Source: Candidatus Margulisiibacteriota bacterium (lineage in GTDB: Bacteria > Margulisbacteria > Termititenacia > CAZZFK01). Taken from it: a stretch of DNA of 60,928 bases. Where the stretch lies: positions 107,983 to 168,910 of the forward strand of contig JBHPMC010000001.1 in assembly GCA_042562495.1 (NCBI GenBank). Direction: 5' to 3'. The notes below the pieces were generated by a model. That model was not told where the DNA came from. It ran no database searches and was given only the letters and a program-made list of their open reading frames with translations. Positions 10,431 to 18,769 of the stretch are shown here, in pieces. The position numbers were made by a program, and so were the translations under genes. The number at the start of each line of letters is the position of its first letter. Within the stretch, counting starts at the first letter, position 1.

Positions 10431-10958
10431 ATGTTTAGAAAATGGCTTATTTGGCTGGTTATCCTCATTATATTTGGTTTGCCTTCGGCAATGACCCAGG
10501 AAGATCTATTACAGAAGGATGGCTATCTTTCTCTATACAATACACATAACCATGAGACCTTGAAGATCAAATATGTTGATAATACAGGGGATATTGATCC
10601 CTTAGCTTTAGATGCTATTTCTTATCATTTACGCTGTCCCTATACCCAAAGAACCTTAGAGTTGGACCCGGAACTATTAGTTTTGATGGATCAGATACAG
10701 GATTTTTTTGGCAAGGAAAAGACCATACGCGTGATCTCGGGATTCCGCTCACCGTTTTATAACAGTAAATTACGGGTCCGTTCCGAGGGGGTAGCCAAAT
10801 ATAGTTACCATATGCAAGGGAAGGCCGCAGATATAGAGATCGAGGGGATCGATCTCCAGGATATTCATACTTATGCAAAGCTCCTGCATCAGGGCGGAGT
10901 AGGTTTGTATGCCAATAGATTTGTGCATGTTGATGTAGGGCCTATCAGGTTCTGGTAA
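10431..10958 (+). CDS. DUF882/YcbK (MepK-like, peptidase M15) murein endopeptidase; start revised to ATG 10431
   Basis: LYNTHNHETL, ISGFRSP..N..LR, SYHMQGKAAD, GGVGLY, FVHVDVGPIRFW; N-terminal signal/TM. Confidence 0.88.
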   Translation: MFRKWLIWLVILIIFGLPSAMTQEDLLQKDGYLSLYNTHNHETLKIKYVDNTGDIDPLALDAISYHLRCPYTQRTLELDPELLVLMDQIQDFFGKEKTIRVISGFRSPFYNSKLRVRSEGVAKYSYHMQGKAADIEIEGIDLQDIHTYAKLLHQGGVGLYANRFVHVDVGPIRFW

Positions 10959-11054
10959 TTTCCTAGAATTATACAAATTTCTGCAATTATCTAATAAAGA
11001 TAACGATATCTTGCTGGTCGTTTATAAGCATTATTTTAAGCTTAAGGAAGCATA

Positions 11055-14000
11055 ATGTTAGGGAAAATAGTATTAATTAAAGATAATATCCGGGAAATAT
11101 CAACTGAACTAACTGAAGATCAGCGAAAAGTCATTGAATTCCTGGAAAAACATAACCGTGATCTATCTGATTTGGACCTTGGATCAATGGATTTTCACGG
11201 AGTTGATCTAAAGGGCGTAAAATTCGATGGAGCTGAAGTACGTTTTTGTAATTTTTCCGGGTGTACAAATATTGACTGGGCCTCTCTGAATAAGGCTAAG
11301 GAAAGATATACTGGTAACGGGAGTTTTGTAGGAGTAGATTTTAGAGGTTTAGATCTCTCGGAATTTAAATTTTCTAATAAAGATTGTGTTGCTATGAAGC
11401 TTTCCGGTTGCACAAATATTGATTGGCAGGATTTAAACAAATTAACTAGTTTTGAACGAATGGATCTTAGCGGCCTAGACCTTAAAAACGTAAAGTTTGA
11501 AAAAAAAGATTGTGCAGCATTGATCTTGAAGGATTGTAAAAATGTAGACATGAGGTCTTTGACCAATGCTAAAGTTAAAGAAGGAATGCTCCAGGGATTA
11601 GATCTAAGGAATCTAGACCTTGAGGGCCTTGATTTTTCAAAGCTGCATTGTAAAAAATTAAAGCTAAGTGGTTGTAAGAATATTGATTGGGCTTCTTTGA
11701 ATGGAAAAGAAATATGTTATTCGGATTTCAGCGGGCATGATGTTAAAGATCTGGTCTTCTCTGGGCAAAACTATTTAGGTCTTAATCTCAAAGGTTGTAA
11801 GAACGTAGACATTGCTTCTTTAAATAAAGGTAAAAATTATGCTTCCATGGATCTTACTGGCCTTGATCTAAAGGGCCTTAATTTCAAAGGGAAGTTTTTA
11901 AGTGGCACGATCTTGGTCGGCTGTAAAAATATTGATTGGGAGTCACTTAGTCAGGCTTGTCTGGAGGGAGTTAATGTCAGGGAGCATGATCTAAGTGAGT
12001 TTGTTTTCGATGCCAAAGGCTCCACGGTGTCCGGAATGATCTTAAAAGGATGTACTAATATTAACTGGGAGTCTTTGAACAGAAGCAAACATATAAATAG
12101 TATGGATCTGAGCGGCCATGACCTAAGCAAGATCGATTTTAGTAAACGCGAATGTTTTTTTATGAACCTTTCCGGTTGTACAAATATTAGATGGGATACC
12201 CTGAATAAGGCCACGAGCATTACGCATATAAACTTTACGGGATTAGACCTAAAAGATTTTAGTTTTAAAAAGCATAGTTGTGAAGGGATCGAGCTCACTG
12301 GCTGCAAGAACATTAAATGGCAGGAAGTATTTTCAGTAAAAGGTATAAAAGATATAAAGGTAGCAGATAATTACGATCTTTTTATGAGCATTGTAAGCTT
12401 TACACAGCTGAAGAGAAGTTTGCTGATAAAAAAGTATAATCATATGAGCGCAGAAAAAAAGCTGGAACTTAAAAACGCGATGGCGGGATATAAGGCAAAA
12501 TATAAATATTATGAGGATTTTATAAAAAAGCTGACAACAGATCATTTTAAAGATGCGCCGCTAGATAAAATATTAAATAGCTTTTCCCGGGATATGATGA
12601 TCCAAGGCCTTAACGAGCTTCTGGCAGTATATTCTAAGGAGCAGAATTATCAACTAAATAGCTATATCTTTCCCGAGGATAATAAATATGAATTGCTTTT
12701 CACTCCGCAGGGTAAAACAGTACTTAAAGATAAGGATTATAAGCTGGAAAAGGATAGGGTAAATAAATATTTTTCTGTAGTAGAGGGGATATATCAGGAT
12801 CATGGGCGTGATTCTAGGAAACAAGAACAGAAAAACAAGTTTGAGCAAGAGATAGCTGGATTTACGGAGAGCAGACATCAAGGCTCGGCCTCTTATAAAT
12901 TAGCAATGATCATGCTTGGAGCTTGTCAGCTGGCCGGCCAAGGCCTGAAATTTCCCGAAGAGATCAGGAATTTATTTATAAAATACCATTTTATTTACGA
13001 ATCTGATATTGAAGAATTTGTGGCAGATTCACGAGGAGTCAATGACGCATTCTCAGAGAAAGAAACGGAAGAGGAAAAAGAGATCAGGTGCTATGACAAC
13101 CAGCTGGCGGAAATCCAATTGCTTTTAGAAGAGACCTTGAAGAACGATGATACAGAGAATTTATTAAAAAAGATGAGTGCAGATGAGAAAAAAGAGATCG
13201 CAAATAGTTTGAATAAATTAACACAGAAAGCGAACAGCATTACAAAACAGGCTATTGAGCGAAAAATATCAGGACAGTTTAGAAAAGCATTTGAAAAGAT
13301 AGAAAGAGTGCTAGCTGATACAGCAGATTACCTAACTGGGGAGAAAAGGATTTCCTTGATCAAGAAGCGTCTGGCTACAGTAGGGATAAAGGATGCTCCT
13401 AGCAAGCTGCTTACAGCTGAAGAGTACCAAGATATTTTAAATAAGATACAAGAAGAAAGAGCTGATCTGGAGTATAAATCTGCAAAAAAAGAAGAGATGA
13501 GCATAAGAGATCTGTACTCCATGATAATGCAGAGGGACATAAGTTTTATCAGGCAGGAACGAAATAAGTTCATGATCGAAAAGCCGAGCCGGAATAGGGC
13601 CAGAAGAAAGTTGTACGAATTATTAAAGAACCTGGGGCATAAAAAAGCCATAATAAATATTTTTATTAGTAATGAAAAAGGAAAAATTCGCTATCTGCCG
13701 GAGCTGGAAAAGACCAAAACAGACACAGGCTTGGCTATAGACAGGTTTAAGAAAGTTAAGGCAGTGCTGAAGAATAATAAAGTTAAGGTCACAGATGAGA
13801 TCGAGGAGCTGATCATTGAAAGTTTAAAACGATCCGATAAAGAAGGCGGGGTAGGGATTGTCGCGGAATTTTCAAAAAAGTACGAAGATTTTGAGGCCAG
13901 GAAGAGTGCCGGGGCCTGTATCGAAGGTGATGTTGGAATGTGGAAAAGAAAAAGTTATCTGGAGCTGGTCTTAAGAGATAAAAACACTCAGAAACACTGC

Positions 14001-14372
14001 GGAACGATCATGTTGGAGTTTGTTAAGAGTAAAAAAGGTCATACGCTGGTTTTTTGTCCGAATCCTTCTAATGATTTATTACAGAAAGTGAATAATAGCC
14101 AAGTTTTTAATGAGCTTTTCAAATTGATAATAGAATTTGCCAAGGCCAATCAAGTTAAAAGGATAGTCCGTTCCAGCAATAATGGAGCCTATACTAATAG
14201 GGTCAATTTCCCTGTTTTTATGCGTGCCAGTGAGAGAATGCATAAAGGTACTTATAAATTTTCTAAGCCAGTACCGTTTTCCGGAGACAAACTTAGATAT
14301 GTTTTTCAAGACATGATAGTTCTGTGGGAAGCAGAAGCTGATGAAGATAACGATGAGGTCAATAAGGCCTAG
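11055..14372 (+). CDS. 1105-aa hypothetical protein: N-terminal pentapeptide/LRR-like repeat solenoid, helical middle, unknown C-terminal alpha/beta domain
   Basis: Long ORF with RBS AAGGA and its own terminator; 9 copies of Lx(G/D)C(T/K)N(I/V)x(W) repeats. Confidence 0.85.
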   Translation: MLGKIVLIKDNIREISTELTEDQRKVIEFLEKHNRDLSDLDLGSMDFHGVDLKGVKFDGAEVRFCNFSGCTNIDWASLNKAKERYTGNGSFVGVDFRGLDLSEFKFSNKDCVAMKLSGCTNIDWQDLNKLTSFERMDLSGLDLKNVKFEKKDCAALILKDCKNVDMRSLTNAKVKEGMLQGLDLRNLDLEGLDFSKLHCKKLKLSGCKNIDWASLNGKEICYSDFSGHDVKDLVFSGQNYLGLNLKGCKNVDIASLNKGKNYASMDLTGLDLKGLNFKGKFLSGTILVGCKNIDWESLSQACLEGVNVREHDLSEFVFDAKGSTVSGMILKGCTNINWESLNRSKHINSMDLSGHDLSKIDFSKRECFFMNLSGCTNIRWDTLNKATSITHINFTGLDLKDFSFKKHSCEGIELTGCKNIKWQEVFSVKGIKDIKVADNYDLFMSIVSFTQLKRSLLIKKYNHMSAEKKLELKNAMAGYKAKYKYYEDFIKKLTTDHFKDAPLDKILNSFSRDMMIQGLNELLAVYSKEQNYQLNSYIFPEDNKYELLFTPQGKTVLKDKDYKLEKDRVNKYFSVVEGIYQDHGRDSRKQEQKNKFEQEIAGFTESRHQGSASYKLAMIMLGACQLAGQGLKFPEEIRNLFIKYHFIYESDIEEFVADSRGVNDAFSEKETEEEKEIRCYDNQLAEIQLLLEETLKNDDTENLLKKMSADEKKEIANSLNKLTQKANSITKQAIERKISGQFRKAFEKIERVLADTADYLTGEKRISLIKKRLATVGIKDAPSKLLTAEEYQDILNKIQEERADLEYKSAKKEEMSIRDLYSMIMQRDISFIRQERNKFMIEKPSRNRARRKLYELLKNLGHKKAIINIFISNEKGKIRYLPELEKTKTDTGLAIDRFKKVKAVLKNNKVKVTDEIEELIIESLKRSDKEGGVGIVAEFSKKYEDFEARKSAGACIEGDVGMWKRKSYLELVLRDKNTQKHCGTIMLEFVKSKKGHTLVFCPNPSNDLLQKVNNSQVFNELFKLIIEFAKANQVKRIVRSSNNGAYTNRVNFPVFMRASERMHKGTYKFSKPVPFSGDKLRYVFQDMIVLWEAEADEDNDEVNKA
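11160..12345 (+). repeat. nine ~42-48-aa protein repeats (xDLSGxDLxxxxFxxxxCxxxxLxGCxNIDWxSLN)
   Basis: Motif instances FSGCTNIDW, LSGCTNIDW, LKDCKNVDM, LSGCKNIDW, LKGCKNVDI, LVGCKNIDW, LKGCTNINW, LSGCTNIRW, LTGCKNIKW; boundaries approximate. Confidence 0.9.
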
Positions 14373-14396
14373 TAAGTCCTAATAGTTTTTTAAAAT

Positions 14397-14424
14397 AAAG
14401 GGCAGCTGAGAAGCTGCCCTTTTT
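14397..14424 (+). terminator. intrinsic terminator after the 1105-aa gene
   Basis: AAAGGGCAGCT-GAGA-AGCTGCCCTTT followed by TT. Confidence 0.85.
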
Positions 14425-14486
14425 GTGATAAAATACCCCAAATTAATCGACAGGGGATGTCGATTTTCGTATGTAAAGGCGTGTAA

Positions 14487-15578
14487 ATGTCCAAAAAAGC
14501 GATATTATTCTTAGAAGATGGTACAAAATTTGAAGGTGTGAACTTTGGAGCCGAAGGTGAATCCTTTGGCGAAGTAGTATTTAACACCAGCATGACAGGG
14601 TACCAGGAGATCCTGACCGACCCTTCCTACAACGGCCAGATCGTTACGATGACCTATTCCATGATCGGAAATTACGGAGTTAATGATGAAGACGTGGAGT
14701 CCAGCAAGCCATGGGTAAAAGGTTTTGTGGTCCGTGAATATAGCAAGCGGCACTCTAATTGGCGGGCCCAAGGAAGTTTAGGCGAATATCTTAAAAAAAA
14801 TAATATTGTTGGCATTGAAATGGTAGATACTCGCAAGATCACCCGGCATACCCGTGATAAAGGAGCCATGAAAGGGATCATCTCTACTGTTGATTTTGAT
14901 GAGAAAAGCCTGCTTGCTAAATTAAAAAAATTCCCAGGGTTGATAGGGCAAGATCTGGTCCAGGAGGTTACTGGCAAAGAGAAATATATTTGGCCAGGTT
15001 CAGAAAAAGGCAAATACAAAGTAGTTGCTTTTGATTTTGGGATCAAACATAACATTCTTCGTGAGCTAGCAGCGCGCGATTGTCAGCTCACAGTGGTCCC
15101 AGCCCAAACATCTGCGGAAGAAGTCTTGGCAATGGATCCCGATGGTTTTTTTCTATCCAATGGTCCCGGAGATCCCGAGCCGGTGATCTATGCTATAGAG
15201 ACCATTAAAAAATTAATTGAAAGCAATAAGCCGGTCTTTGGGATCTGCTTGGGGCATCAACTGATCGGGCTTGCCTTGGGGGGAAAGACCTATAAATTAA
15301 AATTTGGTCATCGCGGGGGTAATCAGCCGGTAAAAGATCTCCTGACGGGGAAAGTCGAGATCACTTCACAGAACCATGGTTTTTGTGTGGATATTAATTC
15401 TTTACCTAAAGATATTGTTGAAATAACTCACTTGAACTTGAACGACCAAACTGCAGAAGGCTTGCAGCATAAGGCCAAGCCTGTCTTTTGTGTACAATAT
15501 CATCCAGAAGCTTCTCCTGGGCCGCATGATTCTAAATATCTATTTGATCGCTTTGTCGGCGTATTGGGGCTTAAGTAA
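14487..15578 (+). CDS. carA: carbamoyl-phosphate synthase small subunit
   Basis: [47 protein letters not shown]. Confidence 0.97.
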   Translation: MSKKAILFLEDGTKFEGVNFGAEGESFGEVVFNTSMTGYQEILTDPSYNGQIVTMTYSMIGNYGVNDEDVESSKPWVKGFVVREYSKRHSNWRAQGSLGEYLKKNNIVGIEMVDTRKITRHTRDKGAMKGIISTVDFDEKSLLAKLKKFPGLIGQDLVQEVTGKEKYIWPGSEKGKYKVVAFDFGIKHNILRELAARDCQLTVVPAQTSAEEVLAMDPDGFFLSNGPGDPEPVIYAIETIKKLIESNKPVFGICLGHQLIGLALGGKTYKLKFGHRGGNQPVKDLLTGKVEITSQNHGFCVDINSLPKDIVEITHLNLNDQTAEGLQHKAKPVFCVQYHPEASPGPHDSKYLFDRFVGVLGLK

Positions 15579-16006
15579 TGAAGGTCCAAGAAGGAAAATT
15601 GGGCCGAGTATTTATCCTGGCCTTTGATCATGAAGAAGAGATCCTCGAGCCACTAAAAAACTTCATAAAAGAAAAAAAAATAAAGGCCGGCTTTATATAT
15701 CTTTTAGGAGCAGTTCAATCCGGGCAGATAGTCTGTGGCCCCAAGGAAACCGTGGTCCCCCCCGATCCAATAAAAAAAGAGTTAAAAGAAGCAAATGAGC
15801 TAGTGGCGATCGGATCAATATTTTGGGAAGGTGCAGAGCCAAAAGTGCATCTGCATGCTGCTTTAGGTAAAGGTGAAAAAACATTACTAGGATGTATTCG
15901 CAAGGCAGCAAAAGTATTTATCACGATAGAAGCATTGTTGCTGGAAGTGACCGACGTGAATTTTGAAAAAAAGCTAGATCCAAAGATCGGCCTGCCAATT
16001 TTATGA
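15578..16006 (+). CDS. PPC-domain (DUF296) putative DNA-binding protein
   Basis: GRVFILAFDHEEE, GSIF...KVHLHAALG, GCI...VFITIE. Confidence 0.85.
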   Translation: MKVQEGKLGRVFILAFDHEEEILEPLKNFIKEKKIKAGFIYLLGAVQSGQIVCGPKETVVPPDPIKKELKEANELVAIGSIFWEGAEPKVHLHAALGKGEKTLLGCIRKAAKVFITIEALLLEVTDVNFEKKLDPKIGLPIL

Positions 16007-17142
16007 AGCCCAATATAATATCGGTCAGCCAGCTTACAAAATATATAAAAAGTATCATGACCAACGATATGGTACTAAGTGGTCTTATGGTGCAGGGGGA
16101 AATATCAAATTTTAAAGAATATAAGCTGGGCGGCACATGGTATTTTACTTTAAAAGATGAATTCTCCCAGATACGTTGCGTGATCTTTTCAAATGTAATT
16201 CCCAAGATCAAGTTCACACCAGAAAATGGGATGACAGTGATCGCCAAGGGCAAGGTAAGTGTCTTTGAAAAACGGGGAGAATATTCTTTACAAGTATTCT
16301 ATATGGAACCAGAAGGCAAGGGCGCAGAAGCCATGGCTCTGGAACAGCTTAAAAAGAAATTATCCGCAGAAGGTTTGTTCGCAGCAGAAAGGAGAAAAGC
16401 ACTACCTAGCTTTCCCAGAGCTGTTGGCATAATTACTTCTCCTTCCGGGGCTGCAGTACACGATGTGATAACCGTGGCGAAACGACGTGATCCCGGGATT
16501 CAGCTCATTGTGTTGCCAGCGGTGGTTCAGGGTACAGCTGGGCCGGCCAGCGTGATTAAGGCAGTTGAGCAAGGCAATGCTTGGGATAATATTGAAGTGC
16601 TTATCTTGGCGCGAGGCGGAGGAGCACAAGAAGAACTGGGAGTTTTTAATGACGAGGGAGTGGCCAGAGCAATTGCTGGCTCCAAGGTGCCGGTCGTTTC
16701 TGCTGTGGGGCACGAAGTAGATATCACGATTGCCGATCTAGTGGCGGATGTAAGAGCGCCGACACCTTCGGCGGCGGCAGAACTTGTTGTTCCTGATATA
16801 GAATCTTTTAAGGTGAAAGTGCGTTTTTTCTTGGATGGATTGCGCAGTGCTTTGCAGGATCAGGCTCAAGAGCTCAAGCAAAGATTAGATCAGGCTCTGG
16901 AAGGATTAAAAGAAGAATTGTTATATAAATTGGAAAAGCAAAAAGATAGCCTGCGACATGCGCTGGAGAGCTTGGAGCATTTAAATCCACTTTTGATCTT
17001 AAAACGAGGCTATAGTGTTACGCTTTCCGGTACTACAGGCAAGGTCATAAGTGATGTCGCGGCGGTAACCAAGGGAGAAAAGCTTGAAACAAAGGTAGAA
17101 AAAGGTACAATTATAAGCTCTGTAATATCAAAAAAAGGCTAA
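16003..17142 (+). CDS. xseA: exodeoxyribonuclease VII large subunit
   Basis: VQGEISNF, YFTLKD, ITSPSGAAVHD, ARGGG, SAVGHEVD, APTPSAAAE. Confidence 0.96.
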   Translation: MKPNIISVSQLTKYIKSIMTNDMVLSGLMVQGEISNFKEYKLGGTWYFTLKDEFSQIRCVIFSNVIPKIKFTPENGMTVIAKGKVSVFEKRGEYSLQVFYMEPEGKGAEAMALEQLKKKLSAEGLFAAERRKALPSFPRAVGIITSPSGAAVHDVITVAKRRDPGIQLIVLPAVVQGTAGPASVIKAVEQGNAWDNIEVLILARGGGAQEELGVFNDEGVARAIAGSKVPVVSAVGHEVDITIADLVADVRAPTPSAAAELVVPDIESFKVKVRFFLDGLRSALQDQAQELKQRLDQALEGLKEELLYKLEKQKDSLRHALESLEHLNPLLILKRGYSVTLSGTTGKVISDVAAVTKGEKLETKVEKGTIISSVISKKG

Positions 17143-17145
17143 AAG

Positions 17146-17367
17146 ATGGCTAAACAACTATTTGAGAAAAAACTGGAAAGATTAGAGGAGATCGTACAAA
17201 ATCTTTCTGGTGAAAAAGTAGATCTGGACAAAGCAATGAAGCTATACCAAGAAGGCATGAAGCTGGGGGCAGAATGCTTGAAGAAGATAAAAGGTGTGGA
17301 AAAAGAAGTCCAGCAATTGATCGAGAAAAACGGAGAATTGACCGTAGAAAATTTTGATAAAGAATAG
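17146..17367 (+). CDS. xseB: exodeoxyribonuclease VII small subunit
   Basis: FEKKLERLEEIVQNL...LDKAMKLYQEG; follows xseA. Confidence 0.93.
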   Translation: MAKQLFEKKLERLEEIVQNLSGEKVDLDKAMKLYQEGMKLGAECLKKIKGVEKEVQQLIEKNGELTVENFDKE

Positions 17368-17426
17368 TTTTAAGCTAAGAAAAAAGGCGGCAAAATGATA
17401 TGCCGTCATTTTTGTGTTAAGGAGCA

Positions 17427-18305
17427 ATGAACGTGGAATTAAGCAATTATTTAAAATACAAGGAAAAGATCATTAATGATAATCTAGGGAAATATGTAAA
17501 AGCTCATAGCTCAGCACCATCGTTAAGCAAAGCTATACGCTATAGTTTGTTAGCTCCCGGGAAACGCATTCGGCCAATACTTACTTTAGCAGTTGCGGAT
17601 ATGTTCGGTAAAAAAAATAGGGAAGTTATCCCAGCAGCCTGCGCCATTGAGATGATACATGTATATTCTTTGATACATGATGACCTGCCGGCTATGGATA
17701 ATGATGATCTACGGCGCGGGAAGCCTACGAATCACAAAGTATTTGGAGAAGCACTGGCTATACTTGCCGGAGATACTTTACAGGCGGAAGCCTTTGGGAT
17801 GCTTGCCAAGATCAAGGGCAATAAGTTATTAAATAGTATTATTTCTGAATTAGCGTATGCTTGCGGCACTAATGGAATGGCAGCAGGGCAGGCTTTAGAT
17901 TTACAGGCTGAAAATAAAAAGATAAAATTAAACGCTTTATATAAGCTGCATAGCTTGAAAACCGGGAGATTGTTAAGAGCAGCTGTACGGATCGGAGCGA
18001 TCTTATCTGGGGCAAAGCCTAGGGAATTAAAGGCGCTTACTATTTATGCTGAAAGCTTGGGCCTTGCTTTTCAGATCCAGGATGATCTTTTAGATGTTCT
18101 GGGGGAAACTAACGTTTTAGGCAAAAGAGCAAAAGCTGATATAAAAAAGAATAAAGCGACCTATCCTAGATTATTGGGGATTGAAAAGACAAAGGTATTG
18201 CTGGCCAAAGAAATAGCTGTTGGAAAGAAAGCCTTAAAAATATTCGGACCTAAGGCGAAACATTTGGTTGAATTGATCGACTACGTAAAGGAGAGAAAAA
18301 ATTAA
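17427..18305 (+). CDS. ispA: farnesyl/geranylgeranyl diphosphate synthase
   Basis: GKRIRP, SLIHDDLPAMDNDDLRRGKPT, GQALD, FQIQDDLLD. Confidence 0.95.
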   Translation: MNVELSNYLKYKEKIINDNLGKYVKAHSSAPSLSKAIRYSLLAPGKRIRPILTLAVADMFGKKNREVIPAACAIEMIHVYSLIHDDLPAMDNDDLRRGKPTNHKVFGEALAILAGDTLQAEAFGMLAKIKGNKLLNSIISELAYACGTNGMAAGQALDLQAENKKIKLNALYKLHSLKTGRLLRAAVRIGAILSGAKPRELKALTIYAESLGLAFQIQDDLLDVLGETNVLGKRAKADIKKNKATYPRLLGIEKTKVLLAKEIAVGKKALKIFGPKAKHLVELIDYVKERKN

Positions 18306-18760
18306 TGGTCTATACTAAAGCGATGTTCGATTCGGTATTTTCTAATTATCCATTGATCAGTGCCTTGGTCGCGATGTTGCTCGCGCAGATTCTAAAGCTT
18401 TTCTATTATTTGCGAAAAGAGAAAAAAATCAATTTTCGATATCTGGTACAAGCTGGAGGGATGCCAAGCTCACACTCCGCGATGGTCATCTCTTTAGCAA
18501 CAGCCATTGGTTTGCAGGAAGGCTGGGGCTCTTCATTTTTTGCAATTGCGGTGATATTTGCTTCCATAGTTCTTTATGATGCAGCCGGAGTACGTAGAGC
18601 CGCAGGGAAACAAGCCAAGATATTAAATGTGATCATGACAGATCTTTTTGATTACGGAAAATTTCATGGCGAGAAATTAAAAGAATTTCTTGGGCATACT
18701 CCCATGGAAGTGATCGCCGGGATAGTCTTAGGCATGATAGTTGCCTTCGTGCTTTACTAA
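18305..18760 (+). CDS. divergent PAP2 family (DUF212) membrane protein
   Basis: GGMPSSHSA, YDAAGVRRAAGKQA, LGHTPMEV. Confidence 0.92.
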   Translation: MVYTKAMFDSVFSNYPLISALVAMLLAQILKLFYYLRKEKKINFRYLVQAGGMPSSHSAMVISLATAIGLQEGWGSSFFAIAVIFASIVLYDAAGVRRAAGKQAKILNVIMTDLFDYGKFHGEKLKEFLGHTPMEVIAGIVLGMIVAFVLY

Positions 18761-18769
18761 GGAGCTCGC

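Noticed and set aside
11160-12345. Possible CRISPR or DNA-level repeat array
   Set aside because: The repeats are degenerate at DNA level, in frame and conserved only as protein; no cas genes.
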